Source: Laetmonice hystrix (lineage: Eukaryota). From it: 64,000 bases of DNA. Below the pieces are notes generated by a model, which saw nothing but the letters and a program-made list of their open reading frames with translations, did not search any database and was not told the DNA's origin. Below are positions 12,601-23,885 of this stretch, one piece after another; position 1 is the stretch's first letter, and each line of letters opens with the position of its first letter. The position numbers were made by a program, and so were the translations under genes. The stretch spans positions 5,272,001-5,336,000 of the forward strand of contig OZ249436.1 of the NCBI GenBank assembly GCA_965235115.1, written 5' to 3'.

Positions 12601-13689
12601 GCACGTCCGTTTATGCTATCCGGCAAGGTGTGACAGGGCCATTAAGGGCCAGGGTTTCCGGAACTTCTCAACAGAAACCCAGAGTCTGATTCCAGGCTTA
12701 CTCAGTTTTAAAGTGTTTTTAAAGTGTTCCTTATATAATAATAAAACAGTGGTGGATGGTTTAAATTAGATGGGTTATCTAGAATAGTGTTTGTATGATC
12801 CTAAGCCTTGTTTAAATATGAAATCTGTAATCTCCTCCTAGTCGTACTGTCTGAGGGTAAAGGAGATGGATGATGAGGAGTACAGTTATGCCGCCTTACA
12901 GGAGCCCCTCTACCGGGTGGAGACTGGCAACTACGAATACAGGTAACGACACCTGGAGGGGATCAGCGGTACTATGGGCGGTCTCTCTCCACCAGGGGGC
13001 GCGCACGTATTAGCGCGATCAAACGAATGCATGTAACTAGGTTGTACAACGAGTGAAACAAAATAAATCCAGTTTGCTGCCTGTTTAAACAGGATGCGAA
13101 ATGATTAGAGAAAGGTCCGACCCTGAGGTTAATGGGTGATGATCTTAGACAATGAGTTCACTTGACTAGGGCCCACACAATGGTAAATGTTGGACATTAC
13201 TATGATTACATGGTTTGTTTTTGTTTTGCTTGCAGATTGATCCTGCGATGTAGACAGGATGCACGGGGAAGGTTTGCAAAGATGCGTTCTGATGTCTTGG
13301 TTAAGATGGAGCTTTTGGACCAAAAACATGGCAAGTCTTACCTTCACCTGTCCTTATGTAATTGATCACAGTGATGATTTTTTTGTATAAAATTCCCCAT
13401 CAGAGGGAGATCACCATTAATAAAAGGTTATGTGTATTTTTCCGATGCAGTCCAAGACATCGTGTTCCAGTTACAGCGGCTGGTATCAGCGATGGCCAAG
13501 TACCATACTGACTGCCACTCGGTCCTGAAGGAGGCGGACGTCTTCCCGATAGAAGTCGACCTATCGCGGAGTACGTTTACTTACGATACATCCAACCAGT
13601 TCAACGACAACGAGGACGACGAGGAGGAGGGTGAGGAGGGGGAGGAGGCTGTGGATGACACTGACGTGGACCTCATAAGTACTGAATAA
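6396..13689 (+). CDS. PICK1: PRKCA-binding protein PICK1 (PDZ + BAR/arfaptin-homology domain), multi-exon; 5'-most coding exon not securely identified
   Basis: Spliced translation gives GMTVTSGSVSLRKDTQNLIGISIGGGAPLCPCLYVVQIFDNTPAAKD...HADPKQGKTLDIVLKKVKHRVVESMSSGTADALGLSRAILCNDGLV...DLNTYLNKAVPDTRLTIKKYLDAKFEYLSYCLRVKEMDDEEY...ELLDQKHVQDIVFQLQRL...DVFPIEVDL plus an acidic tail, matching PICK1 throughout. Exons 6396-6636, 6743-6812, 7086-7292, (8974-9107 or 9725-9858), 12261-12353, 12842-12942, 13236-13330, 13451-13689 have consistent phases. Confidence 0.97.
6743..6812 (+). CDS. PICK1: PICK1 exon, end of PDZ/linker
   Basis: tttcag|ACC...ATA G|gtaggt; TGEVIINYNKLHADPKQGKTLDI. Confidence 0.95.
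7086..7292 (+). CDS. PICK1: PICK1 exon, linker/start of BAR
   Basis: tttcag|TG CTG AAG...AAA G|gtatgc; VLKKVKHRVVESMSSGTADALGLSRAILCND...SQAHK. Confidence 0.96.
7970..8742. repeat. Intronic minisatellite, ~46-bp unit (41-bp variants), ~17 copies
   Basis: Tandem ggttacctgtctggttaccttgacaggttctggaccctgttgccaa. Confidence 0.95.
8974..9107 (+). CDS. PICK1: PICK1 BAR exon, alternative copy A (134 nt)
   Basis: ctctcttccag|CC TTT...AAA CCT|gtaagt; (A)FGDVFFAIGVREPQPNASGAFTQFGEAHREIERYAIRMLKTCKP. Confidence 0.93.
9725..9858 (+). CDS. PICK1: PICK1 BAR exon, alternative copy B (134 nt)
   Basis: acttttcag|AA TTT...CGG CCT|gtaagt; (E)FGEVFAAIGVREPQPSASKAFSVFGEAHRQIERYAISMLRTCRP. Confidence 0.92.
10001..11197. 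repeat. Intronic minisatellite, 47-50-bp unit, ~24 copies
   Basis: Tandem cccagccaccctttcctaaccttataaaacctgacctgtccaggag(gag)a. Confidence 0.95.
12261..12353 (+). CDS. PICK1: PICK1 BAR exon
   Basis: ttttcag|ATG ATT AGT GAC...TAC CTG|gtgaga; MISDLNTYLNKAVPDTRLTIKKYLDAKFEYL. Confidence 0.95.
12404..12640. mobile_element. Intronic MITE (PIF/Harbinger-like ends), 237 bp
   Basis: ~35-bp TIR ggccctgtcacaccttgctggatagcataaatgga / tccgtttatgctatccggcaaggtgtgacagggcc; AT-rich flanks, TSD unclear. Confidence 0.8.
12842..12942 (+). CDS. PICK1: PICK1 BAR exon
   Basis: ctcctag|TCG TAC TGT...TAC AG|gtaacg; SYCLRVKEMDDEEYSYAALQEPLYRVETGNYEY. Confidence 0.95.
13236..13330 (+). CDS. PICK1: PICK1 BAR exon ending at a GC donor
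   Basis: ttgcag|A TTG ATC...CAT G|gcaagt; LILRCRQDARGRFAKMRSDVLVKMELLDQKH. Confidence 0.93.
13451..13689 (+). CDS. PICK1: PICK1 last coding exon with acidic tail and stop
   Basis: tgcag|TC CAA GAC ATC; VQDIVFQLQRLVSAMAKYHTDC...EDDEEEGEEGEEAVDDTDVDLISTE, TAA at 13687-13689. Confidence 0.96.
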
Positions 13690-14769
13690 ACATACCAAAG
13701 CATACATGCTCTAACCATTCGACCTATTCCATAACAACCAGAAACTCATCTCCGGTCGAGTTGTACGAACATCAGTCAATAACCGAGGATATTAATGAGA
13801 TCATGCCCGAGAAGGACATCCCGTAAGTCTAAAGTGAATGACTTTTCAAAGGAAAAAAAAAAACAATTGGCTCACAATTTGGAGTAGGTCTTGTTGACTT
13901 TTTCTGTACCGTTACAGCTCCTACTATTCCTTTTATTGGTCAATGTGTGGGATTCTAATAGAGTATATGACGTGCCATCGTTCTCTCCATTGACGGTTCT
14001 CATAATAATGTCATGATATTTTAGTGAGTTCTTTAACTCGAGGACGCTGTAAATGCTTGAACACGAGGTGTTCGTACATTATCTTCAGATAATATTCGGA
14101 GGTCATGATTTTTGCTGCTTTGATTTTTTTTAACTGAATGGAAAAGTTCAAACTCTTGGTGCGAACTGTTAATGGGGAGGACGGCAATATGCATTCCAGT
14201 CTTTGAGTTATAAAATATTTATAAAGTTTACAGTGATGGCATGTGCAGCATTGGGACCCACCTTGTAATAATACGTACTCGTTTTATGTTGTTCATGTAT
14301 GTAGACTTTTTGTTTATTGTCATTCCAGGTCTCTGTTTGTAAATGGAATACATTGACGTACATGTTTCTTGTTGGTATATATTGTCAGTGTTAATCTGCT
14401 TTGGCAGAGATATTGTCCCGATTGTATATTTATTTGAGAAAGAATTGGGAAAAGTGTCTTGTGATGCTTACTGAAAATGAACTTTGTTGTTACCCATCTG
14501 GTATGGGGCGAGAGCTCAGATTTTATTTAGTGGAGCTGACTGTAGGTTGACCAGGACTGCCCGAACCCACTCACCTGCTGGGATATTATGTAAGAATGGT
14601 TGAATGTAATTGGAACAGCGGTATTAAAAGTGTTGCAAATATCAACATGATTCATGTATTTTGCTAGATAAAGTTTCCAGTGTACAACCTGGGCTTGAGG
14701 AAAAGGAGAAAGGGTCCCAAACAGATTAACGATCCCGATCGAAGAATCAATGTTAGTGTCACAATATAA

Positions 14770-15852
14770 AGTCCATCCCCAGGGTGTCCCTTCTGACATG
14801 TTCGGACTATACTATTTTGAATTAACTTTTATAGACAACGAGGAAATACAAAGATGTTAGATCAACATTATTACGACCTCTCAAGGCGCCCTCTATCGTG
14901 GAGATGCCACTTATATAATATATATTATTTAATATACTATATTATATTATATTATATTATATTATATATATTTTAATAACTTATATAATAAGGAGATGCC
15001 ACAGATATAATAAGGAGCTTACTAGTAGAATCATGTAACAGATATTGAGAGAGGAAAGTATATACGGGATGAACGAAGGAAGAAAGGGTAGGATTTTTGC
15101 TCTCCATAGTGCCTGCTGGACTCTACGGCCATCATGGAACTGCCCAGTAGGCTGACGATACTTCTATATCGATATCTTATAACTTAGGAGTACATAGGCC
15201 TATTGGTTGGAGAGAGCAGATCTTCCATACTTCAGATTTGGAATTAACTTTTTCTAGAGGAATAAACGCAAATACAAACAAATGAGATCAACATACATGT
15301 AATACGACCTCTCGATCACGGCGCCCTCTATCGTGAAGTTGCCACCTAGGGGCACATAGCTGACAATGGACTGAGGGGAGGCCATTTGTGCGAAGGATAG
15401 CCTACTACACAATAACGAATAACCTTACTAGTAGAATCATGTAACAACAGAAATTGAGAGACGGAGGTAGGGGATGGACGAAGGAAAGGGTCAGATTACA
15501 CTGCCATCTCTTACATTGAAGGCCATTACGCAACCTTAGATCTATCAACGCCAGTCTCTATACAACTATAATTAGGCCTACCCATAGGGCCTATCTGCCA
15601 AATTCCCTTGTATTTTAAACGATATAAATTTCAGACAATGTATTTTTTTCCAATTATTGCATGGTTGCTGAGGTGTGCACATAGGTCGGTATCTCCTCCC
15701 CAAATTTCAACAAGATATCGCAAAAACTCGCCGAGTTATGAGTATTGCCTTACAACTACCCAAATGAGACACAACAATGCAAGATGTTGAAAAAAGCAGA
15801 AGAAAAAAAAATAGATTCCCATTCCACATGAAAGAGAAGAGGGGCAATCTAT
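14770..15852 (-). mobile_element. Degenerate non-autonomous Helentron-like element
   Basis: ccatccccagggtgtccc..acatgttc (~14773) resembles the sequence beside the CTAG end at ~50145. Two diverged ~420-bp internal repeats (gaattaacttttt, gcgccctctatcgtg, cttactagtagaatcatgtaaca). caaatttcaacaagatatc (~15702) resembles ~51450. Terminal inverted pair atagatt...aatctat. Confidence 0.5.
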
Positions 15853-17048
15853 CGGACCGTTGTATTAAACTGGAAACCCGACATTTCAGAAACCCGGTCC
15901 TTCCTTTAGGCAGGACCGGGATTCAGAAATGTCATTAAGGCAGGGTTGTTGACACTGTGTCTGAATGACTTGACTTCAAATGTATGAAATGCCCCCTGCC
16001 AAAACTGGTGGTCAGTCTCGACTTAAACCCCATGGTGTGGTTGGGTATTCCCTGTCTAAAAAAGTCTTTAAAGGTCGCAAACCATTTGTATCCACATAAA
16101 GAAATTTTAGCCTAGAAGGCTATCTGCCTGAAACTTTCACCGCAAAATGATATATAACATATATATAGAGGCCTATAACATGATGCCCTAAATATCAGTG
16201 ACAAACTATACAAATCCGACAACGTTGTCAGGTCGTCCCAATGACTGTTTGCCGTAAAGGTTTAGTTAACAATGGCAGATGACGTTGTACGCCTTTTCTA
16301 TATCAGATATCCCATTCCCAAGTAACAAACAAACAAAGAAAGATTACACAGAGATGTTCCAGGCAGAAAACACCAGGGTGCAGCGCAGCTCCACTGAAGC
16401 GGCGGCGGCGGCGGCGCTGACTGCACTGCCGCCTTCCGGCCAGCGGTGGAATCACCACGTACACCTAGCAGGGCTGGCAGGCACCTGTGGGTCTGAGGCG
16501 AGAGACAGGTTAAAGCAATGATAAGCGCAAAATGGCTACATTTTTGATACGTCAATTTGAAACTACGCCCCTCAAAATTATGATTCTTAGGCCAGATGTA
16601 GAACTGTCAAACGTATAGGTCTCGTACGTTCGCTACAGATTATGGTTGTGATGTGTACACTTCCCATTTGAGTATCTTCTCCAGATTTTAACATTAGAAT
16701 GTCCTCGCCTGTAGGCTACCTTTCATTTCCAGCTACCTCACTGTAGTGTTTGCATGACTGCTATAGGCCAGCCGGTAAAATGTTGGGACTTCTCACTCTA
16801 CTGGTTGGCCTCCCACAATGCTTGGCCCCACAGTGCAATGTTTGGCCTCACTGTACTCTTTGGCCTCACTGTAGTGTTCGCTTGGGTGCTAAGCCACCCA
16901 GTATACCTTGTAGCGATTCCTCCCTCTACTGTTTGGCCTTCCGGTACCGTTTGCTTGTATACAAGAGTAGCCAGTAGTATAGGGACGCCTCATGTTTCAT
17001 GTTTCCATGCCTTTATTGTCCAGGAGGCAGGCCATACGTTTCGTTTAT

Positions 17049-18081
17049 CGGGGCGAGACGCCCCCATTAAGGGTCAAAGCATTACCAGGCCGCCCCGTGT
17101 TATCAGAATGAGTAGTTTTTTTGTGGAAAGAAACATATATATTTTAGCTACTTATTGCTAATATGCTTTAGCTGTATCCTTTTTACAACATTTAAAAAAT
17201 GAATTATTTCGAATAAAATTGCAAAGGGACGTCTTGCCCCATACCAGAGGTAAGACGCCCCCCTGGAGGCGTCTTGCCCCACCCGCCTATATCCAAGCCA
17301 TAAAAGCCTGGCAGATTTCCTCTTTTTACTTTTTCTATTTCTCGAGTTTTCGTTTCTTTTGAATGTGGGTCTTCCATCTGTTATGTTGAATTTTCAATAA
17401 GGTGCATTTGTGGACTGTGAAAAGCCCCCAAATTTCCAAAGGGGGGCTGGCTGGCCCCCTTTTCCTATTAAAAATGGCTATTTTGGGGGTGGGGGCCTAG
17501 ATCCAAGATCGATAGGCCCCAGGACAAAGTAGGCCTGTCATCCTAGGCCTATAGGCTAGCTTAATTAGCCCAATTCTAAACGCCCTTTTGCACCCAAGCA
17601 TTTTATTTGATTTTTAACCAGTTTTATCCTTTGATATACGAATGACCATTGGGGCATGAGGCCCCCCCTAGGGGCGTTTTACCCCCGGGGTGGGGAGCGT
17701 CTTGCCCCACGGGTAGGCCTATATTTTTTACCAAGGCGAGCGTGACATAAAATCTTTGGCGTGGATGGTCGAACTCTTTTCCACTATTTACAGATAATTA
17801 CTTCTGTTATGTTATCATGATAGTACTTAGGCTGAATCACACAAAGGTAATGTGACCAGAGGACAAGAGTGTTGCACAAACCTTATACGAAAATATTCAT
17901 AAAATGTAATGTTGACCTACTTTCATGAAAATATCGCAAATCGTCTTGTCTGGCCTGGCGTCAACACTACGTCCATTAGTGCATAAAATAACCGCTAGGG
18001 AATCCCAGTTCAAGGATAAATAACTGAGTTAACACTGGGGGGCGTCTTTCCTCAAGGGGGCGTCTCGCCCCGCTCAGTCTT
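17049..18081. mobile_element. TIR element (Tc1/mariner-pogo-like MITE) in monomer 1, left tip apparently deleted
   Basis: cggggcgagacgcccc at 17049 and ggggcgtctcgccccg-ctcagtctt|TA at the right end. It interrupts monomer sequence tttatc(atc)tactcc. Internal ggcgtcttgcccc motifs repeat. Confidence 0.8.
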
Positions 18082-19435
18082 TACTCCAATCTAATCTGTG
18101 TCCCCTACAGACCATCGGTAGAGGATCTAAGCGTCCGACAACGTTGTCAGGTCGTCCCAATGACTGTTTGCCGTAAAGGTTTTGTTAACAATGGTAAATG
18201 ATGTTGTACGCCTTTTCTATATCAGATATCCTATCCCCAAGTAACAAACAAACAAAGATGACACATCTAGAGATATTGCAGGCAGAAAACACCAGGGTGC
18301 AGCTCAGCTGACTGCACTGCCGCCTTCCGGCCAGTGGTGGAATCACCACGTACACCTGGCCGGGCTGGCAGGCACCTGTGGCTCTGAGGCGAGAGACAGG
18401 TTAAAGCAATGATAAGCGCAAAATGGCTACATTTTTGATACGTCAAATTGAAACTACGCGCCCCAAAATTATTATTCTTAGGCCAGATGTAGAACTGTCA
18501 AACGTATAGGTCTCGTACGTTCGCTACACATATAGGTATAGTTGTGATGTGTACACTTCCCCTTTGAGTATCTTCTCCAGATTTTAATATTAGAATGTCC
18601 TCGCCTGTACTTTTCATTTCCACTACCTCACTGTAGTGTTTCGATGGCTGCTATAGGCCAGCCGGTAAAATGTTGGGACTTCTCACTCTACTGATTGGCC
18701 TCCCAAAATGCTTGGCCCCACAGTGTAATGTTTGGCCTCACTGTACTCTTTGGCCTCACTGTAGTGTTCGCTTGGGTGCTAGGCCACCCAGTATACCTTG
18801 TAGCGATTCCTCCCTCTACTGTTTGGCCTTCCTGTACCGTTTGCTTGTATACAAGAGTAGCCAGTAGTATAGGGACGCCTCATGTTTCATGTTTCCATGC
18901 TTTTATTCTCCAGGAGGCAGGCCATACGTTTCGGTTATCATCATCTACTCCAATCTAATGTGTCCCCTACAGACCATCGGTAAGCGTCCGACAACGTTGT
19001 CAGGTCGTCCCAATGACTGTTTGCCGTAAATGTTTTGTTAACAATGGCAAATGACGTTGTACGCCTTTTCTATATCAGATAACCTATCCCCTAGTAACAA
19101 ACAAACAAAGATGACACATCTAGAGATGATGCAGGCAGAAAACACCAGGGTGCAGCTCAGCTGACTGCACTGCCGCCTTCCGGCCAGCGGTGGAATCACC
19201 ACGTACACCTGGCCGGGCTGGCAGGCACCTGTGGTAAAAGCCGGTAAAATGTTGGGACTTCTCACTCTACTGGTTGGCCTCCCACAATGCTTGGCCCCAC
19301 AGTGTAATGTTTGGCCTCACTGTACTCTTTGGCCTCACTGTAGTGTTCGCTTGGGTGCTAGGCCACCCAGTAGGCCTATACCTTGTAGCGATTCCTCCCT
19401 CTACTGTTTGGCCTTCCTGTACCGTTTGCTTGTAT

Positions 19436-21470
19436 GGTCGATTCTCACGAACCGTTGTCATTTGGCCTGGCAGGGGGCTAAAATAAAAATCTGGAATATA
19501 GCCACGTGCCTGTGTGCACATATTGGTGAAGCGTTGGGGTATATATCTATATATATGGGGTAGCTTAAATCCATTTTGTGTTGCCATGGCAACTGAGCAA
19601 AGTTAGGTTCCGCTGAACCGAGTAGACGCGTCTCATTCCCTATACGTTGCTATATGAAATGTAGTTTACATAAAATATATTTTATATTCTGATTATTTTT
19701 TTTATTAAAAATATAACACAGACCTTGGACTATAATATAAAAAAAGTTTCAATAATAGTTTCATACATTCTTCTTAGTGGGAGACACATAAAAAATAGTC
19801 TTTTTTTAGGCAGTGGTTTGTTTTCTGTAGGTATTTATTTCAAAGTACATGAAATTTTTCATGATAATCTAAGAATACATAAAATAACATATATTTATAA
19901 TAACATACACTGGCCTTTGAGTGGTAGGGGTTGTGATGCTCTTAATAGTATCTATAGTATTGAAATTGTACTTTCTGAGGGAATGAGACGCGTCTACTTC
20001 TGTCACAAAAATTGTTTTTGTAAACGTAAATGCTATATTTTTATTTCTTTGTGTATCATGGGGTTGAAATTTATTCATTATTATAACATCTGATGTTATA
20101 AAAGTATATCTGCTTTTTCTTTAAAACCATTTTCAGTGAAATTTATATTTTGGGGGTTAAATGATGAAGTGAAATTGACATGTACCTACTTTTTATTATA
20201 AAAAAGTACTATTTAGCTTTGTTTTCCCAGTCATATATGAAGAATAATGTTATCTGCATTTCACATTATAATTTCCCCTATATTTTTCTTTCCATGAGGT
20301 CATATTCCTGCACAGGAAGGGAATGAGACGCGTCTACGTATTAGTTGAAGTTAAGCTTCAGTATGATGGCCTTTGCCCTGCTCTTTTTTTCTCGATCTCT
20401 ACAAGGTTAATAGCCATGCAACAGAAACTTGACATGTCATAAACACTAGAAATTGCCTTTTTCAACAAATTCAACAACACTGATGTGAAGACTGAGGAAA
20501 ATGTATATGCAGAAGGGGAATGAGACGCGTCTACCCCTCTACAATTGGTTCCCTCTGGAAGAATATACAGAATAACCCATGATATCTGCTTTATGAACCA
20601 TGTACATAATATTACATTGATTTAATGAGGGATTGAGGTGCGTCTACAGGTTAATCCCTTATCCATTCCAAAGTTTAACACCAGGGAATGAGACGCGTCT
20701 AGGGAATGATACGCGTCTACTTTATATGAATAACGCTATGCAGACCCTGGTAAAGCCTTGACAGCAGTATACTATTTTAATAGCATATAACTGCAACCAT
20801 AAGCTATTCTGTCCATGTAGTATATAAGGTTAAATATTAAACGTGTCATCGTGGTATCAGAAAATAGGGAATGAGACGCGTCTACGTGAAAACTACACAA
20901 GAGGAGACTAGAAGAAGTGTTTTGCTTCTATTATCCACAGTTCTCAAGCAATCATTAATATTTTTTTACATACATTCATGAACATATTAGAGATTAATAT
21001 AGTACAGTAATATTGTGTTGTCTCCCATCACTACTGGTTTTTATTGTATAGAAAAGACTCATGTTTTGGGAATGAGACGCGTCTACAGAAAAAGTACACA
21101 ATGGTAAAATATGTATTAAGAGTATAAAATTTCCATATCTTTGATATCTTACTAGCTAGAAACATTCACGGAGGAACGTCTCTAATGGAGAAAAAAAGAA
21201 AAGATCAATTATTTTATTCTTTTTCATTTTTTTATTAGATGGAAAAACATGAGTGACTATTTTTTTGGTAAAAAGGGCCATTTTTTAATGGTTTTCCGCC
21301 TCTATCTTCGTAAATATTCATGATAGATATGGAAAACTACGGTACCCTGGAAAGCTCTCATCAAGCCGGATTTGATGAAGTAAAAATTACTCATGTACTA
21401 TTTTATTGTAAGAAATTATATAGGGGAGAACGAAAAAATCCCATTTGACAACGGTTCGTGAGAATCGACC
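19436..21470. mobile_element. 2.0-kb non-autonomous TIR DNA transposon in monomer 3
   Basis: Perfect 25-bp TIR ggtcgattctcacgaaccgttgtca. The empty site ttgtatacaag is seen in sister monomers, so the TSD is GTAT (or TA if the ends extend 1 bp). AT-rich interior with nine gggaatgagacgcgtctac-type motifs and no transposase ORF. Confidence 0.92.
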
Positions 21471-23114
21471 GTATACAAGAGTAGCCAGTAGTATAGGGAC
21501 GCCTCATGTTTCATGTTTCCATGCTTTTATTGTCCAGGAGGCAGGCCATACGTTTCGGTTATCATCTACTCCAATGTAATCTGTGTCCCCTACAGACCAT
21601 CGGTAAGCGTCCGACAACGTTGTCAGGTCGTCCCAATGACTGTTTGCCGTAAAGGTTTTGTTAACAATGGCAAATGATGTTGTACGCCTTTTCTATATCA
21701 GATATCCTATCCCCAAGTAACAAACAAACAAAGATGACACATCCAGAGATTTTGCAGGCAGAAAACACCAGGGTGCAGCTCAGCTGACTGCACTGCCGCC
21801 TTCCGGCCCCCGGTGGAATCACCACGTACACCTGGCCGGGCTTGAAGGCACCTGTGGCTCTGAGGCGAGAGACAGGTTAAAGCAATGATAAGCGCAAAAT
21901 GGCTACATTTTTGATACGTCAAATTGAAACTACGCGCCCCAAAATTATGATTCTTAGGCCAGATGTAGAACTGTCAAACGTATAGGTCTCGTACGTTCGC
22001 TACACATATATAGTGGTGATGTGTACACTTCCCATTTGAGTATCTTCTCCAGATTTTAACATTAGAATGTCCTCGCCTGTACCTTTCATTTCCACTACCT
22101 CACTGTAGTGTTTGCATGGCTGCTATAGGCCAGCCGGTAAGATTTTGGGACTTCTCACTCTACTGGTTGGCCTCCCACAATGCTTGGTCCCACAGTGTAA
22201 TGTTTGGCCTCAATGTACTCTTTGGCCTTACTGTAGTGTTCGCTTGGGTGCTAGGCCACCCAGTATACCTTGTAGCGATTCCTCCCTCTACTGTTTGGCC
22301 TTCCTGTACCGTTTGCTTGTATACAAGAGTAGCCAGTAGTATAGGGACGCCTCATGTTTCATGTTTCCATGCCTTTAATGTCCAGGAGGTAGGCCATACG
22401 TTTCGTTTATCATCTACTCCAATCTAATCTGTGTCCCCTACAGACCATCAGTAAGCGTCCGACAACGTTGTCAGGTCGTCGCAATGACTGTTTGCCGTAA
22501 AGGTTTTGTTAACAATGGCAAATGACGTTGTACGCCTTTTCTATATCAGATATCCTATCCCCAAGTAACAAACAAACAAAGATTACACATCTAGAGATGC
22601 TGCAGGCAGAAAACACCAGGGTGCAGCTCAGCTGACTGCACTGCCGCCTTCCGGCCAGCGGTGAAATCACCACGTACACCTGTCCGGGCTGGCAGGCACC
22701 TGTGGGTCTGAGCCGAGAGACAGGTTAAAGCAATGATAAGCGCAAAATGGCTACATTTTTGATACGTCAAATTGAAACTACGCGCCCCAAAATCATGATT
22801 CTTAGGCCAGATGTAGAACTGTCAAACGTATAGGTCTCGTACGTTCGCTACAGATATATGGTTGTGATGTGTACACTTCCCATTTGAGTACCTTCTCATG
22901 ATTTTAACATTAGAATGTCCTCGCCTGTACCTTTCATTTCCAGCTACCTCACTGTAGTGTTTCGATGGCTGCTATAGGCCAGCCGGTAAAATGTTGGGAC
23001 TTCTCACTCTACTGGTTGGCCTCCCACAATGCTTGGCCCCACAGTGTAATGTTTGGCCTCACTGTACTATTTGGCCTCACTGTAGTGTTCGCTTGAGTGC
23101 TAAGCCACCCAGTA

Positions 23115-23885
23115 GGAAAGCGGGGCATGGCGGGACTCGGGGCATGAAGGGACATGGCTCTAGTTCCTACACTTTCCATCAGATGGGGCTGGGTTTCCCT
23201 ATAGTTGTCACAGCCTTGATGGAAGACATATTGGTGTTGACGGATCCGAACGTCAGACCCACATTTATCTGTAATCATCTACAGACTGAAATTCTTGGCA
23301 CCCAAACTTCCGTCAGGTAAATACTTAACACCCCCTGGGTCTCTAGAACTAAGAATGACTGACTATTCTCACACCAACAGTTAGTGTCGGCATTATAGAG
23401 TAAACATTCATTACGTATCTCGTGATGCATGATCTACTCTGGCGGGAAGAGGACATCTTTGTGACGTTAAGGGTGGGGCATAATGGGACAGTGGCTTATG
23501 GGCCACAATGGGTAACTGTCCCATCATACCCCATGAGTAGTTAGCGCATGGGCATCCACGGAGGGCGGGGGGCAGGGCAATGGGGGCAGTCCCCCTGCAT
23601 ATTACGTCTGTGATTTGTCTCTGTAAACTGACTGTACCGGTCAGCCCCGACCCTGTGTTAACAGCGTCCCGTAATACCCCGTACTCAAGGGGCACGATGG
23701 GACAGTGTTTAATTTTTTTAAAGTTGTGTTTTTTATTTCCTAGAAGTTAAAACTGTTTCTAATCAGAACTGGTAATAAAGGTTGGTAGTAGGTATACTGC
23801 TGTACTATTTTCATGTTCCAGGTGGGTAACGATTTTTCAAAAAACACATTTGAAAAAGTGTGGCCCGTTATGCCCCGCTTTCCCC
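23115..23885. mobile_element. 771-bp Tc1/mariner-pogo-like MITE with TA TSD in monomer 5
   Basis: cccagTA|ggaaagcggggcat...atgccccgctttcccc|TAtacc versus empty site cccagTAtacc. Confidence 0.9.

Noticed and set aside
19622..21086. CRISPR-like repeat-spacer pattern
   Set aside because: Spacer lengths vary from 0 to ~340 bp, one copy is inverted, the context is a eukaryotic TIR element, and there are no cas genes.
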